Shown: one piece after another, positions 10,661 to 20,322 of the stretch | Position numbering within the stretch: position 1 is the first letter of the stretch | Layout of the letters: each line of letters opens with the position of its first letter | IMG/VR virus record: IMGVR_UViG_3300033388_007730 | Span: 124,001-188,000 of that record | Direction: 5' to 3' (one strand) | Length of the DNA stretch: 64,000 bases | Made by a program: the position numbers and the translations under genes | The notes under the pieces: model-generated | Databases searched by the model: none | What the model was told of the DNA's origin: nothing | The model's input: only the letters and a program-made list of their open reading frames with translations

Positions 10661-11354
10661 GTTTAGCATTATAGGACCAGCTATAAAATCTCATTTATAC
10701 TCTCGTTTCTACCAGGGGCTAAATAAAAATAACACCAATTTTGAAGTTGTGTTTGTGGGAAATAAACCACTTACAGAATCAATGCCAGATAATTTTATTT
10801 ACATATATTCAGAAAGTTCTCCTGCGTGTTGTCTTGAAATAGCAGCTAGAAAAGCTCAAGGAGAGTATTTGATGATATCTCCTGATGATTATACTTTTTC
10901 AAATAATTTTTTAGATAATTTTAAAAAATATTTAGATTCATGTAGTGATGAAAAGATGATGATTGCAGGAAAATATAAAAGAGGAGGAGATATGAAGGAC
11001 GAATGGCTGGTTTTTGATCAGAAGATTAAAGGATCATCTCCGATAGGTCAATGCACAACATTAAAAAGAGAAGAATGGTTAAAGTTGGGTGGAATAGACA
11101 GAAGGTTTGAACATGGGTGTTGTGATATGGATATGATTATGAGGATGTATGAAATTGGTTATAAACTTCATATAGAGAAGAATACGTGGGTAGAAGAGGA
11201 TGTTATTAAGGATAAAAAAATAAGGAGAAAACGTCTGTGGAAAAAAACGGGCAAAGCCAGAAGAGCATTATTGAATTCTTTGTGGGTTAAGAATGGCAAA
11301 ATGTCCAAAAAAAGACTGGGCAAATTATATCCTTTTTCAGAAGATATAGTATGA
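10653..11354 (+). CDS. Glycosyltransferase family 2-like
   Basis: AQGEYLMISPDD, LGGIDRRF, CDMD. Confidence 0.7.
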   Translation: MVKFSIIGPAIKSHLYSRFYQGLNKNNTNFEVVFVGNKPLTESMPDNFIYIYSESSPACCLEIAARKAQGEYLMISPDDYTFSNNFLDNFKKYLDSCSDEKMMIAGKYKRGGDMKDEWLVFDQKIKGSSPIGQCTTLKREEWLKLGGIDRRFEHGCCDMDMIMRMYEIGYKLHIEKNTWVEEDVIKDKKIRRKRLWKKTGKARRALLNSLWVKNGKMSKKRLGKLYPFSEDIV

Positions 11355-11421
11355 AAAAAATATACTGGGATATGCTTAATAAAAAAATTGAATAATTTTT
11401 AAGAAAATAAAAGGAGACAAG

Positions 11422-11865
11422 ATGAGTAGACAATGGCAATATAATTTTTCAGAATTAATAGATAGATTAAGCATTCATCAGTTAAAAGAAGTATTTATTC
11501 CGGAGCAAAAAGAAAAATATTCTAATGATATGGATCTGATTGCTAGTGATTTAACTGAAATTGTGAAAGAAAAAAATATAGAGTTATCAGGTGAGATGAT
11601 AAGAGCTATAATTGTCATAGCTCAAATGAATACTCATATTTGGTATAATGAATCTAAAGCTAGGAGTGGAGAAGATCAAGATGTCAATTTGTTGAAGCTT
11701 ACACATGGAATAAATGGAATTAGAAATAGAGTAGGAAATTGCATATTAGAGATGATTGGTGACATTGATAAATTTGATTGGAAGACAGACTGTTTAGCAG
11801 CTGAGTTTAAGGATTGGGAAATAAGTTTATTTAAGAAAAATAAGGAGAATAAAGATGAAGAATAA
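11422..11865 (+). CDS. Hypothetical helical protein
   Basis: Good RBS (AGGAG); ELIDRLSI motif of small proteins seen in sugar clusters. Confidence 0.6.
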   Translation: MSRQWQYNFSELIDRLSIHQLKEVFIPEQKEKYSNDMDLIASDLTEIVKEKNIELSGEMIRAIIVIAQMNTHIWYNESKARSGEDQDVNLLKLTHGINGIRNRVGNCILEMIGDIDKFDWKTDCLAAEFKDWEISLFKKNKENKDEE

Positions 11866-12823
11866 AAAATATAGTTGTTTTATTGGAAGATGGCAACCAT
11901 TTCACAAGGGACATGATTATATCATAAAACAGGCATTGAATAAAGGTAAATCAGTATGGATAGCCGTTAGAGACACTCCGGTAACAGACTGGGACCCTTA
12001 TACCACACAAGAGCGTTTTGAAATGATAAGTGCTCATTATAAGAATGAAGATGTGATTGTTAGTATTGTTCCTGATATTGAATCGGTTAATATAGGAAGA
12101 AAAGTTGGTTATGAAGTTAACCGTTATGATGCTCCAGAAGATATAGAGGGTGTTTCTGCTACTCAGATTAGAAAAATGATGTCAGAAGGAGATTCTTCGT
12201 GGAAAGAAAAAGTTCCTAAACTCATTGCTGATTATTTAATAAGTAAAGGTAATTTGTCTCTTGCAACAGAGCAAGGAATGGTTATATGGTTCACAGGTTT
12301 ATCAGGAGCAGGAAAGAGCACAGTAGCAAATGCTCTTCTACCTGTATTAGGAAATAAGGGTAGAGGAGTCAAAATACTTGATGGAGATGAGGTAAGAAGA
12401 AACATAACATCTGATTTAGGATTTTCAAAAGAAGATCGTTCAGAGAATATAAAGAGAATTAGTTTTGTAGCTAAATCAATTGCTGATGTAGGTGGGATAG
12501 CTATTGTAGCAGCTATATCTCCATATGAAGAAGACAGAGAAAAAGCTAGATATTTAATTGGAGAGGATAGATTTTTTGAAGTTCATGCTGATTGTCACAT
12601 GGATATTTTGGTAGAAAGAGATGTCAAAGGATTATACAAAAAAGCTATTGCTGGAGAGATTCTTAATTTTACTGGTATTTCAGATCCATATGAAGCTCCT
12701 AAAAATCCTAATTGTACAGTCCATAGCGACTATATGTCTGTTTCTGAATCTGTTAACAAAATATTAAAAAAGGTAGAAGAGTTTCTAAATAAACCAAAAG
12801 AAGGAATGATGTTTTATATATAA
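11855..12823 (+). CDS. cysC: HxGH nucleotidyltransferase fused to adenylylsulfate (APS) kinase
   Basis: N-terminal GRWQPFHKGH and SATQIR; C-terminal WFTGLSGAGKST, LDGDEVR, RDVKGLY, FTGISDPYEAP. Confidence 0.9.
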   Translation: MKNKKYSCFIGRWQPFHKGHDYIIKQALNKGKSVWIAVRDTPVTDWDPYTTQERFEMISAHYKNEDVIVSIVPDIESVNIGRKVGYEVNRYDAPEDIEGVSATQIRKMMSEGDSSWKEKVPKLIADYLISKGNLSLATEQGMVIWFTGLSGAGKSTVANALLPVLGNKGRGVKILDGDEVRRNITSDLGFSKEDRSENIKRISFVAKSIADVGGIAIVAAISPYEEDREKARYLIGEDRFFEVHADCHMDILVERDVKGLYKKAIAGEILNFTGISDPYEAPKNPNCTVHSDYMSVSESVNKILKKVEEFLNKPKEGMMFYI

Positions 12824-12833
12824 TAGAGATTAG

Positions 12834-13655
12834 ATGCATTTCAATAGAAAAAAAACACCGCAAAAGAAGAGACTTAAGATACGCCCTAATACTATTGATA
12901 AGAGAAGTCCTACTGATGATGTGAAGCATATACCAAGAGTCAGAAACTCTAGAGTAAAAAAGAAGAAGTCTATTTCACATGATGTAATAATATCAAAGAG
13001 TATTAATAATAGCAAATATAAGAATATGTCGGAGTGGAAGGGCATTGTTGAAAATCAACCAGCATTTATTCTTGGTAATGCTCCTAGCATATTATCCAGA
13101 AATTTACATTTGTTGAATGATTATTTTACTATAGGTGTGAATAGAATTTTTTATATTTATGATCCAACAATTTTAATTTGGCAAGATCAAGAAGTATGGA
13201 TTAAAGATAAGAAAAAAATAATGAAACAAAAATCTATAAAGGTTTGTAGAGATAGAAGTGATCCTAGACAAAAATTTATAAATTTTGAATTGAATATGGG
13301 AAAATTTAAGTTTAATAGTAATCCTGGCAAGTTGCATGGAAGAGGAAATACAGGAGTTTTAGCAATACAGTTGGCAGTTTCTATGGGGTGCTCTTGTGTA
13401 GTTTTATTGGGGATGGATTGCCGATATGAAGGAAGAAGTAGAACTGATTTTTATGGGAAGAATAAAGATCATAAACATTATACATTAAAAATGTGCAAAA
13501 ATGCGATGAATTGGGTAGAAGGAAAATGTCCTGTTCCAATATATAATTGTGGTAATTCTGATGCATGGCCTAGAAGAGAGTTGGAAGATGTCATTGAAGA
13601 ATTAAATCCTCTAAAATTAGGAAGAAATTATTATTTGAGTGTGTTGGGAAAATGA
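12834..13655 (+). CDS. DUF115/MptE/Maf-like protein
   Basis: AFILGNAPS, TIGVNR, AIQLAVSMG, LLGMDC. Confidence 0.65.
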   Translation: MHFNRKKTPQKKRLKIRPNTIDKRSPTDDVKHIPRVRNSRVKKKKSISHDVIISKSINNSKYKNMSEWKGIVENQPAFILGNAPSILSRNLHLLNDYFTIGVNRIFYIYDPTILIWQDQEVWIKDKKKIMKQKSIKVCRDRSDPRQKFINFELNMGKFKFNSNPGKLHGRGNTGVLAIQLAVSMGCSCVVLLGMDCRYEGRSRTDFYGKNKDHKHYTLKMCKNAMNWVEGKCPVPIYNCGNSDAWPRRELEDVIEELNPLKLGRNYYLSVLGK

Positions 13656-13903
13656 AATACGTTGACTTAAGAGAAGAACTTAACGACTACTTAACAGATG
13701 AAAAGAGGAAGATATCAAAAGATCATCTTGATTCTGTATGTAAAATATATCATAAACATAAAACTTGTAAATATATATTCCTTTCTCCTATCGGATATGT
13801 ATGTATGAGAAATAGTCCTATGAAGAAAGAATTAGATAGATTATCTAATAGTAAGCAAATGGTTAGTAGAGCTGATAACTGCAAAGGATACGAAAAAATA
13901 TGA
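13652..13903 (+). CDS. Hypothetical Cys-containing small protein
   Basis: Start and stop overlap both neighbours (ATGA coupling). Confidence 0.6.
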   Translation: MKYVDLREELNDYLTDEKRKISKDHLDSVCKIYHKHKTCKYIFLSPIGYVCMRNSPMKKELDRLSNSKQMVSRADNCKGYEKI

Positions 13904-14367
13904 AGAAAAAGAAAAAAAAGACTACCAAAGTGAAAAAGAATAGTGTACAATGCAGGAAGAAGAAAAAGAAGAGTAAAAAGAAAACAGTTAAAAAATCTAC
14001 CAAGAAAAAAGTAGTTAAGAAAAAAGTAGTTAAGAAAAAAGTAGTTAAGAAAAAAGTTGTCAGGAAGAAAAAGAGAAGAAAAAAGAGAGTAACAAGAGAG
14101 AAGCTACTTATGGTTGATATTTATCCTATATTAAACAGAGTTCAATTGAAAAGAAAAACAGAGACCTTTGTTGCTAAAGCAGAAGAAGCTGATATTATAG
14201 AAAATACCATTAAAGATCTTGATCTTAGATATTCAAGAAGAGAAATGAAGAGACAAGTTGAATTCACTGTAAAGCCAAATAAAAATAATGTATTTGATGA
14301 TGAAGATTTGCTTGATATAGAATATTTAGACGATGAAATCCCCGAACCAGGACAAATATTCCCATAA
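13900..14367 (+). CDS. Lys-rich histone H1-like protein with an acidic C-terminus
   Basis: (KKKVV)x4 and poly-Lys N-terminal half; acidic tail DDEDLLDIEYLDDE. Confidence 0.65.
   Translation: MKKKKKKTTKVKKNSVQCRKKKKKSKKKTVKKSTKKKVVKKKVVKKKVVKKKVVRKKKRRKKRVTREKLLMVDIYPILNRVQLKRKTETFVAKAEEADIIENTIKDLDLRYSRREMKRQVEFTVKPNKNNVFDDEDLLDIEYLDDEIPEPGQIFP
14002..14061 (+). repeat. 15-bp coding tandem repeat AAGAAAAAAGTAGTT (3 exact + 1 degenerate)
   Basis: Read directly; encodes KKKVV. Confidence 0.9.
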
Positions 14368-14418
14368 GTCATTATCCAGCCTATATTTACGTTCTTCCAG
14401 AAAAATTATATTTTTTTG

Positions 14419-14447
14419 TTGAAAGTGAATTGCATTTATGTTATAAT
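14419..14447 (+). promoter_or_regulatory. AAAGTGA-box promoter
   Basis: TTGAAAGTGAATTGCATTTATGTTATAAT: -35, 17 nt, TG-n-TATAAT. Confidence 0.75.
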
Positions 14448-14482
14448 CTCTGTAATGGTATTTATATTTGTGAGATAAGAAA

Positions 14483-15373
14483 ATGAAAGCAGAAGAACAA
14501 TTAAAACTTTTAGTTAATGAGCCTGATTTCCTTTCAAAGTCTGGAAGTAGATTGTACGGAACGAGTACGCCTACATCAGATTATGATTTAAGAGGGTTTG
14601 TGTTGCCTCCATATGAGTACCTCGTTGGGCTGAAAACATTCAATGATATGGAACTCGAAGGTGATCATAAGGTTTATAGCGTAAAGAGATATTTGGAATT
14701 GGTGCTTCGTGGAGATCCGCAATGCACAGAGCTTTTGTTCGCAGATTATGATAGTATTGAATACATAAGTTCTGTTGGTGAAATTATCATGTCATTAAAA
14801 GATGATCTTGTTAGCAACGTTATTTATAATCGTATCATGGGATATAGCATTGGCGAATGGAGAAAAGCTATGGCTATTCGTTTAGTTTCTGTTGAACGAA
14901 ATAAGACTAAGAAAGAAATCATAAATGATGTGCGTAATCATTGGAAGCTTGATAAAGAAAAAATGGATAGCATTATAAAGATTTTTGATTCTGTAGATGA
15001 AAAGAAATGCATTTCTTCTATGGCTGGTCTTGGAGTGAAGAGGAAGAAAGAAGTTGAAGAGCATGGCTATTGCAGAAAAAGTGCGACTCATTCTATTCGC
15101 CTGGTTACTCAACTTACTGAACTTCTGCTCACTGGTAATATTATTTTTCCTAGACCCAATGCTGATTTTCTTCTTGACATTAGACATGGAAAATATAGTA
15201 AAGATGAATTAGAAGAAATTCACAATGAAGTTGATGCTATAGCTAAAGAAGCAAAAGAAAAATCTGTTCTTCCAGAAAAGCCTAATTCTGGTAAGGTATG
15301 GAAAGTGTATGAAAAAATCGTTGTAGATTTTTTGAATAAAGATGAAAGATTTAATAATTTAATTGGAGAGTAA
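14483..15373 (+). CDS. Pol-beta superfamily nucleotidyltransferase (YcgL/RlaP-like)
   Basis: SGSRLYGTSTPTSDYDLRG, HSIRL, LLDIRHG. Confidence 0.8.
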   Translation: MKAEEQLKLLVNEPDFLSKSGSRLYGTSTPTSDYDLRGFVLPPYEYLVGLKTFNDMELEGDHKVYSVKRYLELVLRGDPQCTELLFADYDSIEYISSVGEIIMSLKDDLVSNVIYNRIMGYSIGEWRKAMAIRLVSVERNKTKKEIINDVRNHWKLDKEKMDSIIKIFDSVDEKKCISSMAGLGVKRKKEVEEHGYCRKSATHSIRLVTQLTELLLTGNIIFPRPNADFLLDIRHGKYSKDELEEIHNEVDAIAKEAKEKSVLPEKPNSGKVWKVYEKIVVDFLNKDERFNNLIGE

Positions 15374-15374
15374 G

Positions 15375-15818
15375 ATGGCAAAGAACGGTAACAAAGGCAT
15401 GAAGAAGTATGAAGAAATCTTGAAAAAGATTTGTAATGTAGAAGATTTGCACTATCTAAGAGGTCCAGAGTGGGAAGGATGTCTTGGAGTTGCGATAGTC
15501 CTTGCCTTTATGGAAGGAGTCCCTGCCAATATACAGGCGATAGCCAGGTATTTGGATGTGTCTTCTTATAACCAAAGTTTAGTTTCTGCTTTTAGCCGTT
15601 TGAAGGTTAATGACATCTTTAATAAAGAATATGGTGTTAGAGAAGATGCTTCTCTGAAAGGGAAAGCAATTATTTCTCCTCAGCCTAAATTCATAACTCC
15701 GCAACATATGTCAGATTTAGACTGGTGTCATCTTGCAGGAATTGCTGGTGGATTTTCTGGCATTAGAATAGAGGAGAGGAAGAAGACAGAGGAAGTAGAA
15801 ACTGCTGGAAAAGAATAA
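15375..15818 (+). CDS. Hypothetical protein
   Basis: GGAGAG RBS then ATG 15375. Confidence 0.6.
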   Translation: MAKNGNKGMKKYEEILKKICNVEDLHYLRGPEWEGCLGVAIVLAFMEGVPANIQAIARYLDVSSYNQSLVSAFSRLKVNDIFNKEYGVREDASLKGKAIISPQPKFITPQHMSDLDWCHLAGIAGGFSGIRIEERKKTEEVETAGKE

Positions 15819-15993
15819 AGTGTGTAGATACGATCCATAAATTGTTATGCCAGGTTGTTAGCGGCCCTATAAGGGCTTAAAATCCTATAACAGGTGGATA
15901 GAGAGAACCATCTGGCGAGGCGTATGAGGTGGAGAATCGGGAATCCTCAATTTTATTCTTTTCATTTTTATTAAAAATATGGAGGAGGAGATT

Positions 15994-16518
15994 ATGTCAA
16001 AAGATATCATAGGTTTTTATAAGGGTGCAGCAACAAGTCAAAAAGGACTTTATGTATCAGATGTCGATGATATGACAAATGAGCAATTAGAGTCAGATTG
16101 TTATTATATTCAGTGGATTTTTCCTTTGCCAGAAGCTAGTAAAGCTGTTCCTGATACTCCTATTTTGCGGCAAGCTGATATAAATGAATTTCGTGAATCC
16201 TATGAGTTAAGAGGGGCTATGCTCAAAATGGCTCTAAAAATGTTTGATTTTTATGGGTTTAAAGTGAGAGATGGAGAATCAACAGGGAAGATAGTAAAAG
16301 CAGATAATTTTGATGAAAGATCTAAAGAATGGTTGACATCTCGCAATCATAATTTTCTTCGTTTAACTCGTATAGTCAGGTCTACGAAGCTTTTAGGATT
16401 AGAGGGTTTAGCTAAAAATTTCTATAATTGTTTATGCGAAATCTATGAAGAGAATAAGGGAATAGTAGGTCCATATACTAAACAATTCTGGGATGAAGCT
16501 ATTGAAAAAGATGTGTAA
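15994..16518 (+). CDS. Opioid growth factor receptor (OGFr) N-domain-like protein
   Basis: YIQWIFPLPEAS, MFDFYG, NHNFLRLTRI. Confidence 0.8.
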   Translation: MSKDIIGFYKGAATSQKGLYVSDVDDMTNEQLESDCYYIQWIFPLPEASKAVPDTPILRQADINEFRESYELRGAMLKMALKMFDFYGFKVRDGESTGKIVKADNFDERSKEWLTSRNHNFLRLTRIVRSTKLLGLEGLAKNFYNCLCEIYEENKGIVGPYTKQFWDEAIEKDV

Positions 16519-16535
16519 AAGATTTTATTTTATCA

Positions 16536-16564
16536 TTGAAAAGTGAAAGACAATATGATAAAAT
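16536..16564 (+). promoter_or_regulatory. AAAGTGA-box promoter
   Basis: TTGAAAAGTGAAAGACAATATGATAAAAT. Confidence 0.75.
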
Positions 16565-16573
16565 TATTAACTA

Positions 16574-16607
16574 TATTAATTTTATTTCATTATTAATTTT
16601 ATTTCAT
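16574..16607 (+). repeat. 17-bp tandem duplication TATTAATTTTATTTCAT x2 in a 5' leader
   Basis: Read directly, between the promoter and the RBS. Confidence 0.8.
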
Positions 16608-16624
16608 TTTCTTAGGAGAAAATT

Positions 16625-16837
16625 ATGAAGGTGACAAAAAGAGGTACAAACGTAAAAAGACACACTACTCATTATCTTGTTGGTGGTAAATGGAGAACTC
16701 GTAAAGAGTCTGTAAAGCTTGCCAAAGAAGGTAGAATTAATGGAGTGACAGTTTGTCGAGGAGAATATGGAGAATACATTCAATCACTACCATCTGCTAC
16801 CATAAAGCTATATGATATGCCAGAGGTAGTGAGATAA
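16625..16837 (+). CDS. Small basic protein (DUF3892-like)
   Basis: Strong RBS; pattern THYLV...TRKESV...YIQSLP...LYDMPE. Confidence 0.55.
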   Translation: MKVTKRGTNVKRHTTHYLVGGKWRTRKESVKLAKEGRINGVTVCRGEYGEYIQSLPSATIKLYDMPEVVR

Positions 16838-16868
16838 TTATTCGTTCTTTGTAATACGTTTCTAAGTT

Positions 16869-16901
16869 GGCACAGATGCATTGGATTGTGTGTTTGTGCC
16901 A
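16869..16901 (+). other. Long intergenic hairpin (possible terminator or processing site)
   Basis: GGCACAGATGCA pairs with TGTGTTTGTGCC using G-U pairs; no clear U-tract; coordinates approximate. Confidence 0.45.
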
Positions 16902-16939
16902 TCTAATTTAAGAGGGGGCATAGATTTTTCAATAAAAAT

Positions 16940-16969
16940 AAAGGTATCTCTTATCATAAATGGAATATA
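16940..16969 (+). promoter_or_regulatory. Candidate sigmaH-like promoter
   Basis: AAAGGT-N17-GAATATA upstream of HNH-topA. Confidence 0.4.
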
Positions 16970-17012
16970 GTTAATAGAAAATAAATTTTGTTAACACATC
17001 GGAGATATTATT

Positions 17013-17840
17013 GTGATTAAAGAAGATATTGAAAAATTAACAGTTAGGACACAAGTCACCAGGATATGTGATGAGTGTGGGAAAAAAGATAAATTAACAA
17101 TCCATACAATTTTATGTTCTAAAATTAGAAGAAAAACGGGCAAGGATTACTGTAAGAAATGTAGTTATAAGTTTAGAGAACATAACCAAAAAATAGGAAG
17201 TGCATCTCCGTATTGGAAGGGTGGAGTAAGTATTAACCCGACTAGTGGTTATTTAAGAATAAATAAAACAAAAGAGTATTTACATAAATATATTTATGGA
17301 GAATTTGTTGGAAGAAAAATTTCTAAAACAGAAAAAATTCACCATATAGATTTAGATAAATTGAATAATAATGTAGATAATTTATATTTATGTGAGAATA
17401 AAAGTTGTCATTCTAAAGTTCATAGTCAAATGGAAGAACTTGGCTATATCTTATTAGGCGAGTATATTTGGTTTTCTAGAGAAAAACATAAATATGTATT
17501 AGATAAAATTATAGAAAATAATATAATTTTCGAGGTAAAAGGTAAACCAACTTGTATTTTAAAAGATCATAATGGAAAAAGATATGCTTCGATATATATA
17601 GGATACAGAAAACATCAGAGATATCACAGGTATCTTATGGAGAGATTTTTAAATAGAAAATTAATGAAAAATGAACATGTTCATCATATTGATGGAGAAA
17701 TATTAAATAATGATATTAATAATCTTATAGTTGTGAGCAAATCTAATCATAAATATGTTCACAATTCTTTACAAAAATGTATTTCTGAGTTATATAAAAC
17801 AAATATGGTTAAATTTGAGAAGGGAATTTATTATGTTTAA
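17013..17840 (+). CDS. Free-standing HNH homing endonuclease with two HNH domains
   Basis: CDECG/CKKC zinc motif, YWKGG, IHHIDLDKLNNNVDNL and VHHIDGEILNNDINNL. Confidence 0.85.
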   Translation: MIKEDIEKLTVRTQVTRICDECGKKDKLTIHTILCSKIRRKTGKDYCKKCSYKFREHNQKIGSASPYWKGGVSINPTSGYLRINKTKEYLHKYIYGEFVGRKISKTEKIHHIDLDKLNNNVDNLYLCENKSCHSKVHSQMEELGYILLGEYIWFSREKHKYVLDKIIENNIIFEVKGKPTCILKDHNGKRYASIYIGYRKHQRYHRYLMERFLNRKLMKNEHVHHIDGEILNNDINNLIVVSKSNHKYVHNSLQKCISELYKTNMVKFEKGIYYV

Positions 17841-19842
17841 ATATTTATTTATAATAGAATCTCCTGGAAAACAGAAAAAAATACAATCTTTTTTGGGGAA
17901 GGATTTTTTAGTAATCCCTACATACGGGCATATAATGGATCTTCATCCAAAAAAAATAAGTGTTGATATTAAGAATGATTTTAAGCCTGCTTATGAAATT
18001 AATTCTGATAAAAAAGAAGTAGTTAAAAATATAAAAGGAAAAGCTAAAAAAGCAGAAATAGTTTATATAGCTACTGATTTAGACAGAGAAGGCAGTTTAA
18101 TTGCTAATGGAGTGGCTTCTATCCTTCCTAAAGAAACTGCTTATAAAAGAGTTAAATATAATGCGATAACTAAAAAAGATATTTTAAATGGTATTGAAAA
18201 TGCAGGAGAAATAGACGCTAAATTGGTACATAGTGCAGAATGTAGGCGTATACTTGATAGACTTGTTGGATGGAAATGCAGTTTCTTAACTAAACAAGCT
18301 ACTGGAGGATCATCTGCTGGTAGAGTTCAAAGTGCTGCTCTGAGAATCTTAGCAGAGAGAGAAAAAGAAATAAGAGATTTTGTGCCACAAGAATATTGGC
18401 CAATTGAAGTAACTCTTGAAAGAGAAAATGGTGAAACAGTTATAGCTAATATCAAGAAACCAAAACCTCTTGATATCAAAACAGAAAAAGATTCAAAAAC
18501 TATTTGTGATATATTAAAGAAAAGTGACTGGATAGTTTCTAAATATGAAACAAAAGAAAAATTTACAAGAGCATATGCTCCATTTACAACTTCTACATTA
18601 TATCAATCAGCATCATCTATCTTAGGATGGAGTTCATCTAAAGCATCTTCGGTAGCACAACAATTATATGAGTCTGGTGCTATAACATATATAAGAAGCG
18701 ATTCAACATATATTGTTCCAGATTTTGTAAGTACGATGAGAGATACAGCAGGAGTAAAATATGGGCAAAATTATGTTTCTTCTAAAGTTAATTTTTTCGC
18801 AAATAAAAAAGGTGCTCAACAAGCTCATGAAGCTATTCGAGTTACTGATGTAAATGCGGAGAATTGTGGTACTGGTGATGGGAATAGACTGTATAAGATA
18901 ATATGGAAAAGAACAATAGCATCTCAAATGGAGAAGTTGAAACAACTGGCTGGTTTAGCAGAGTTCAAGTGTAATAAGTATTTGTTTGGGGCTACAGGTA
19001 GTAAGGTTCTTTTTGATGGGTTCAGAAAGTGTTGGGATTATGGATCTTTAACAGATTCTGAGTTGCCAGAGTTTGAAGTTGGAGAGGAATTAAAATGTAT
19101 TGATGTGAAGACAGAACAAAAATTTACTGCTCCTCCACCTCATTATACAGAGTCATCAATCGTAAAAGAACTTGAGAAGAGAGGAATTGGAAGACCTAGT
19201 ACATTCGCATCTATTCCTGCAACTTTGCTGAAACGTAATTATATAGAAAAGAAGAAGAATACAATTTATACTACTGATATAGGGATAGGAGTTTCTGACT
19301 TCTTAGTTGAATCTGATTTCTGTTTTGTTAATTTGGATTTTACAGCAACACTTGAAACGGATTTAGATTGTATTGCTACTGGTGACTGTTGCAAGTTAGA
19401 TATTCTTAATGAGTTCTGGTGTAGATTAAAACATGATATAAATAATGCTAAGAATATTAGAGAATCTAAGTCTAAGACAGATTATGTTTGTAAAAAATGC
19501 GGTGGTTTTTTGATGTTAAAACACAGTAAATATGGTCCGTTTTTGACATGCGAGAATAGAACTAATAAAGATGCTCCTTGTGATTATAAGTGTGATGTAG
19601 GCGAGGGTGGAGTTCCAGTAGAGAAGAAGAAAAAAGAAAAGAATTATTCAACTGAGTATAAGTGCCCCAATTGTGATTCTTATTTATTGATTAGGACTAA
19701 TAAAAAAGGTGGTTTGTATCTTGGTTGTGAGAATTGGCAGCAGCCATCCTGCAAAGGATTCTATAATGCAGAAACTGGAGATAAAATAGCATTCAAGAAG
19801 AAAAAATATAAAAAATGGGGAAAAAAGAAGAAAAATGACTAG
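17833..19842 (+). CDS. topA: DNA topoisomerase IA with C-terminal zinc ribbons
   Basis: IESPGK, ATDLDREG, SAGRVQS, ITYIRSDS (catalytic Tyr), AHEAIR, GIGRPST, CKKCG/CPNCD. Confidence 0.95.
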   Translation: MFKYLFIIESPGKQKKIQSFLGKDFLVIPTYGHIMDLHPKKISVDIKNDFKPAYEINSDKKEVVKNIKGKAKKAEIVYIATDLDREGSLIANGVASILPKETAYKRVKYNAITKKDILNGIENAGEIDAKLVHSAECRRILDRLVGWKCSFLTKQATGGSSAGRVQSAALRILAEREKEIRDFVPQEYWPIEVTLERENGETVIANIKKPKPLDIKTEKDSKTICDILKKSDWIVSKYETKEKFTRAYAPFTTSTLYQSASSILGWSSSKASSVAQQLYESGAITYIRSDSTYIVPDFVSTMRDTAGVKYGQNYVSSKVNFFANKKGAQQAHEAIRVTDVNAENCGTGDGNRLYKIIWKRTIASQMEKLKQLAGLAEFKCNKYLFGATGSKVLFDGFRKCWDYGSLTDSELPEFEVGEELKCIDVKTEQKFTAPPPHYTESSIVKELEKRGIGRPSTFASIPATLLKRNYIEKKKNTIYTTDIGIGVSDFLVESDFCFVNLDFTATLETDLDCIATGDCCKLDILNEFWCRLKHDINNAKNIRESKSKTDYVCKKCGGFLMLKHSKYGPFLTCENRTNKDAPCDYKCDVGEGGVPVEKKKKEKNYSTEYKCPNCDSYLLIRTNKKGGLYLGCENWQQPSCKGFYNAETGDKIAFKKKKYKKWGKKKKND

Positions 19843-20278
19843 GAAAAATGAAGTTGTAAAATGTGGTGGGCATTGTTATGATGGCTGTGGGTGGCAAAGT
19901 TGTTATTTTTGGGATAGGGGAAGTACAAAGGACCCAAAATGTAGATGTTTATTATTTGGAGGGATAGACGGAGTAAAAAAATGCATGTCAAGATCTATTC
20001 CACAATGCAATAAAGTTTTTGGGACAGATTGTGAAAAGGTAATAGAAACATACGAGAAAAAACCAGGAGTAATAGTATCAAGAGGAGAGAAGTATCATGG
20101 TGAGTGGGTAGTGATGATTGATTTTAATAATACCACTGTAATAGCTCATGATAAGGATAGAGAAAAAGCGGTAGAAAAGGCTGGAAAGGTGGGCGTTCCA
20201 ATTGTTGGTAAGGTTGGGGATAATAAGAATCAAGGAGTACTTTTATATATGCCAAAAAAAATGTTTCAAAGTGATTAA
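19835..20278 (+). CDS. Hypothetical Cys-rich protein
   Basis: Coupled to the topA stop; multi-Cys N-terminal half. Confidence 0.6.
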   Translation: MTRKNEVVKCGGHCYDGCGWQSCYFWDRGSTKDPKCRCLLFGGIDGVKKCMSRSIPQCNKVFGTDCEKVIETYEKKPGVIVSRGEKYHGEWVVMIDFNNTTVIAHDKDREKAVEKAGKVGVPIVGKVGDNKNQGVLLYMPKKMFQSD

Positions 20279-20292
20279 CAAAATGTTATAAT
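20264..20292 (+). promoter_or_regulatory. AAAGTGA-box promoter
   Basis: TTTCAAAGTGATTAACAAAATGTTATAAT. Confidence 0.7.
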
Positions 20293-20322
20293 GCTAATTG
20301 AAGAATATTTTATTGAAGAGGG

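Noticed and set aside
15843-15950. tRNA gene
   Set aside because: No TTCRA T-loop or cloverleaf spacing; I recognised no tRNA in the window
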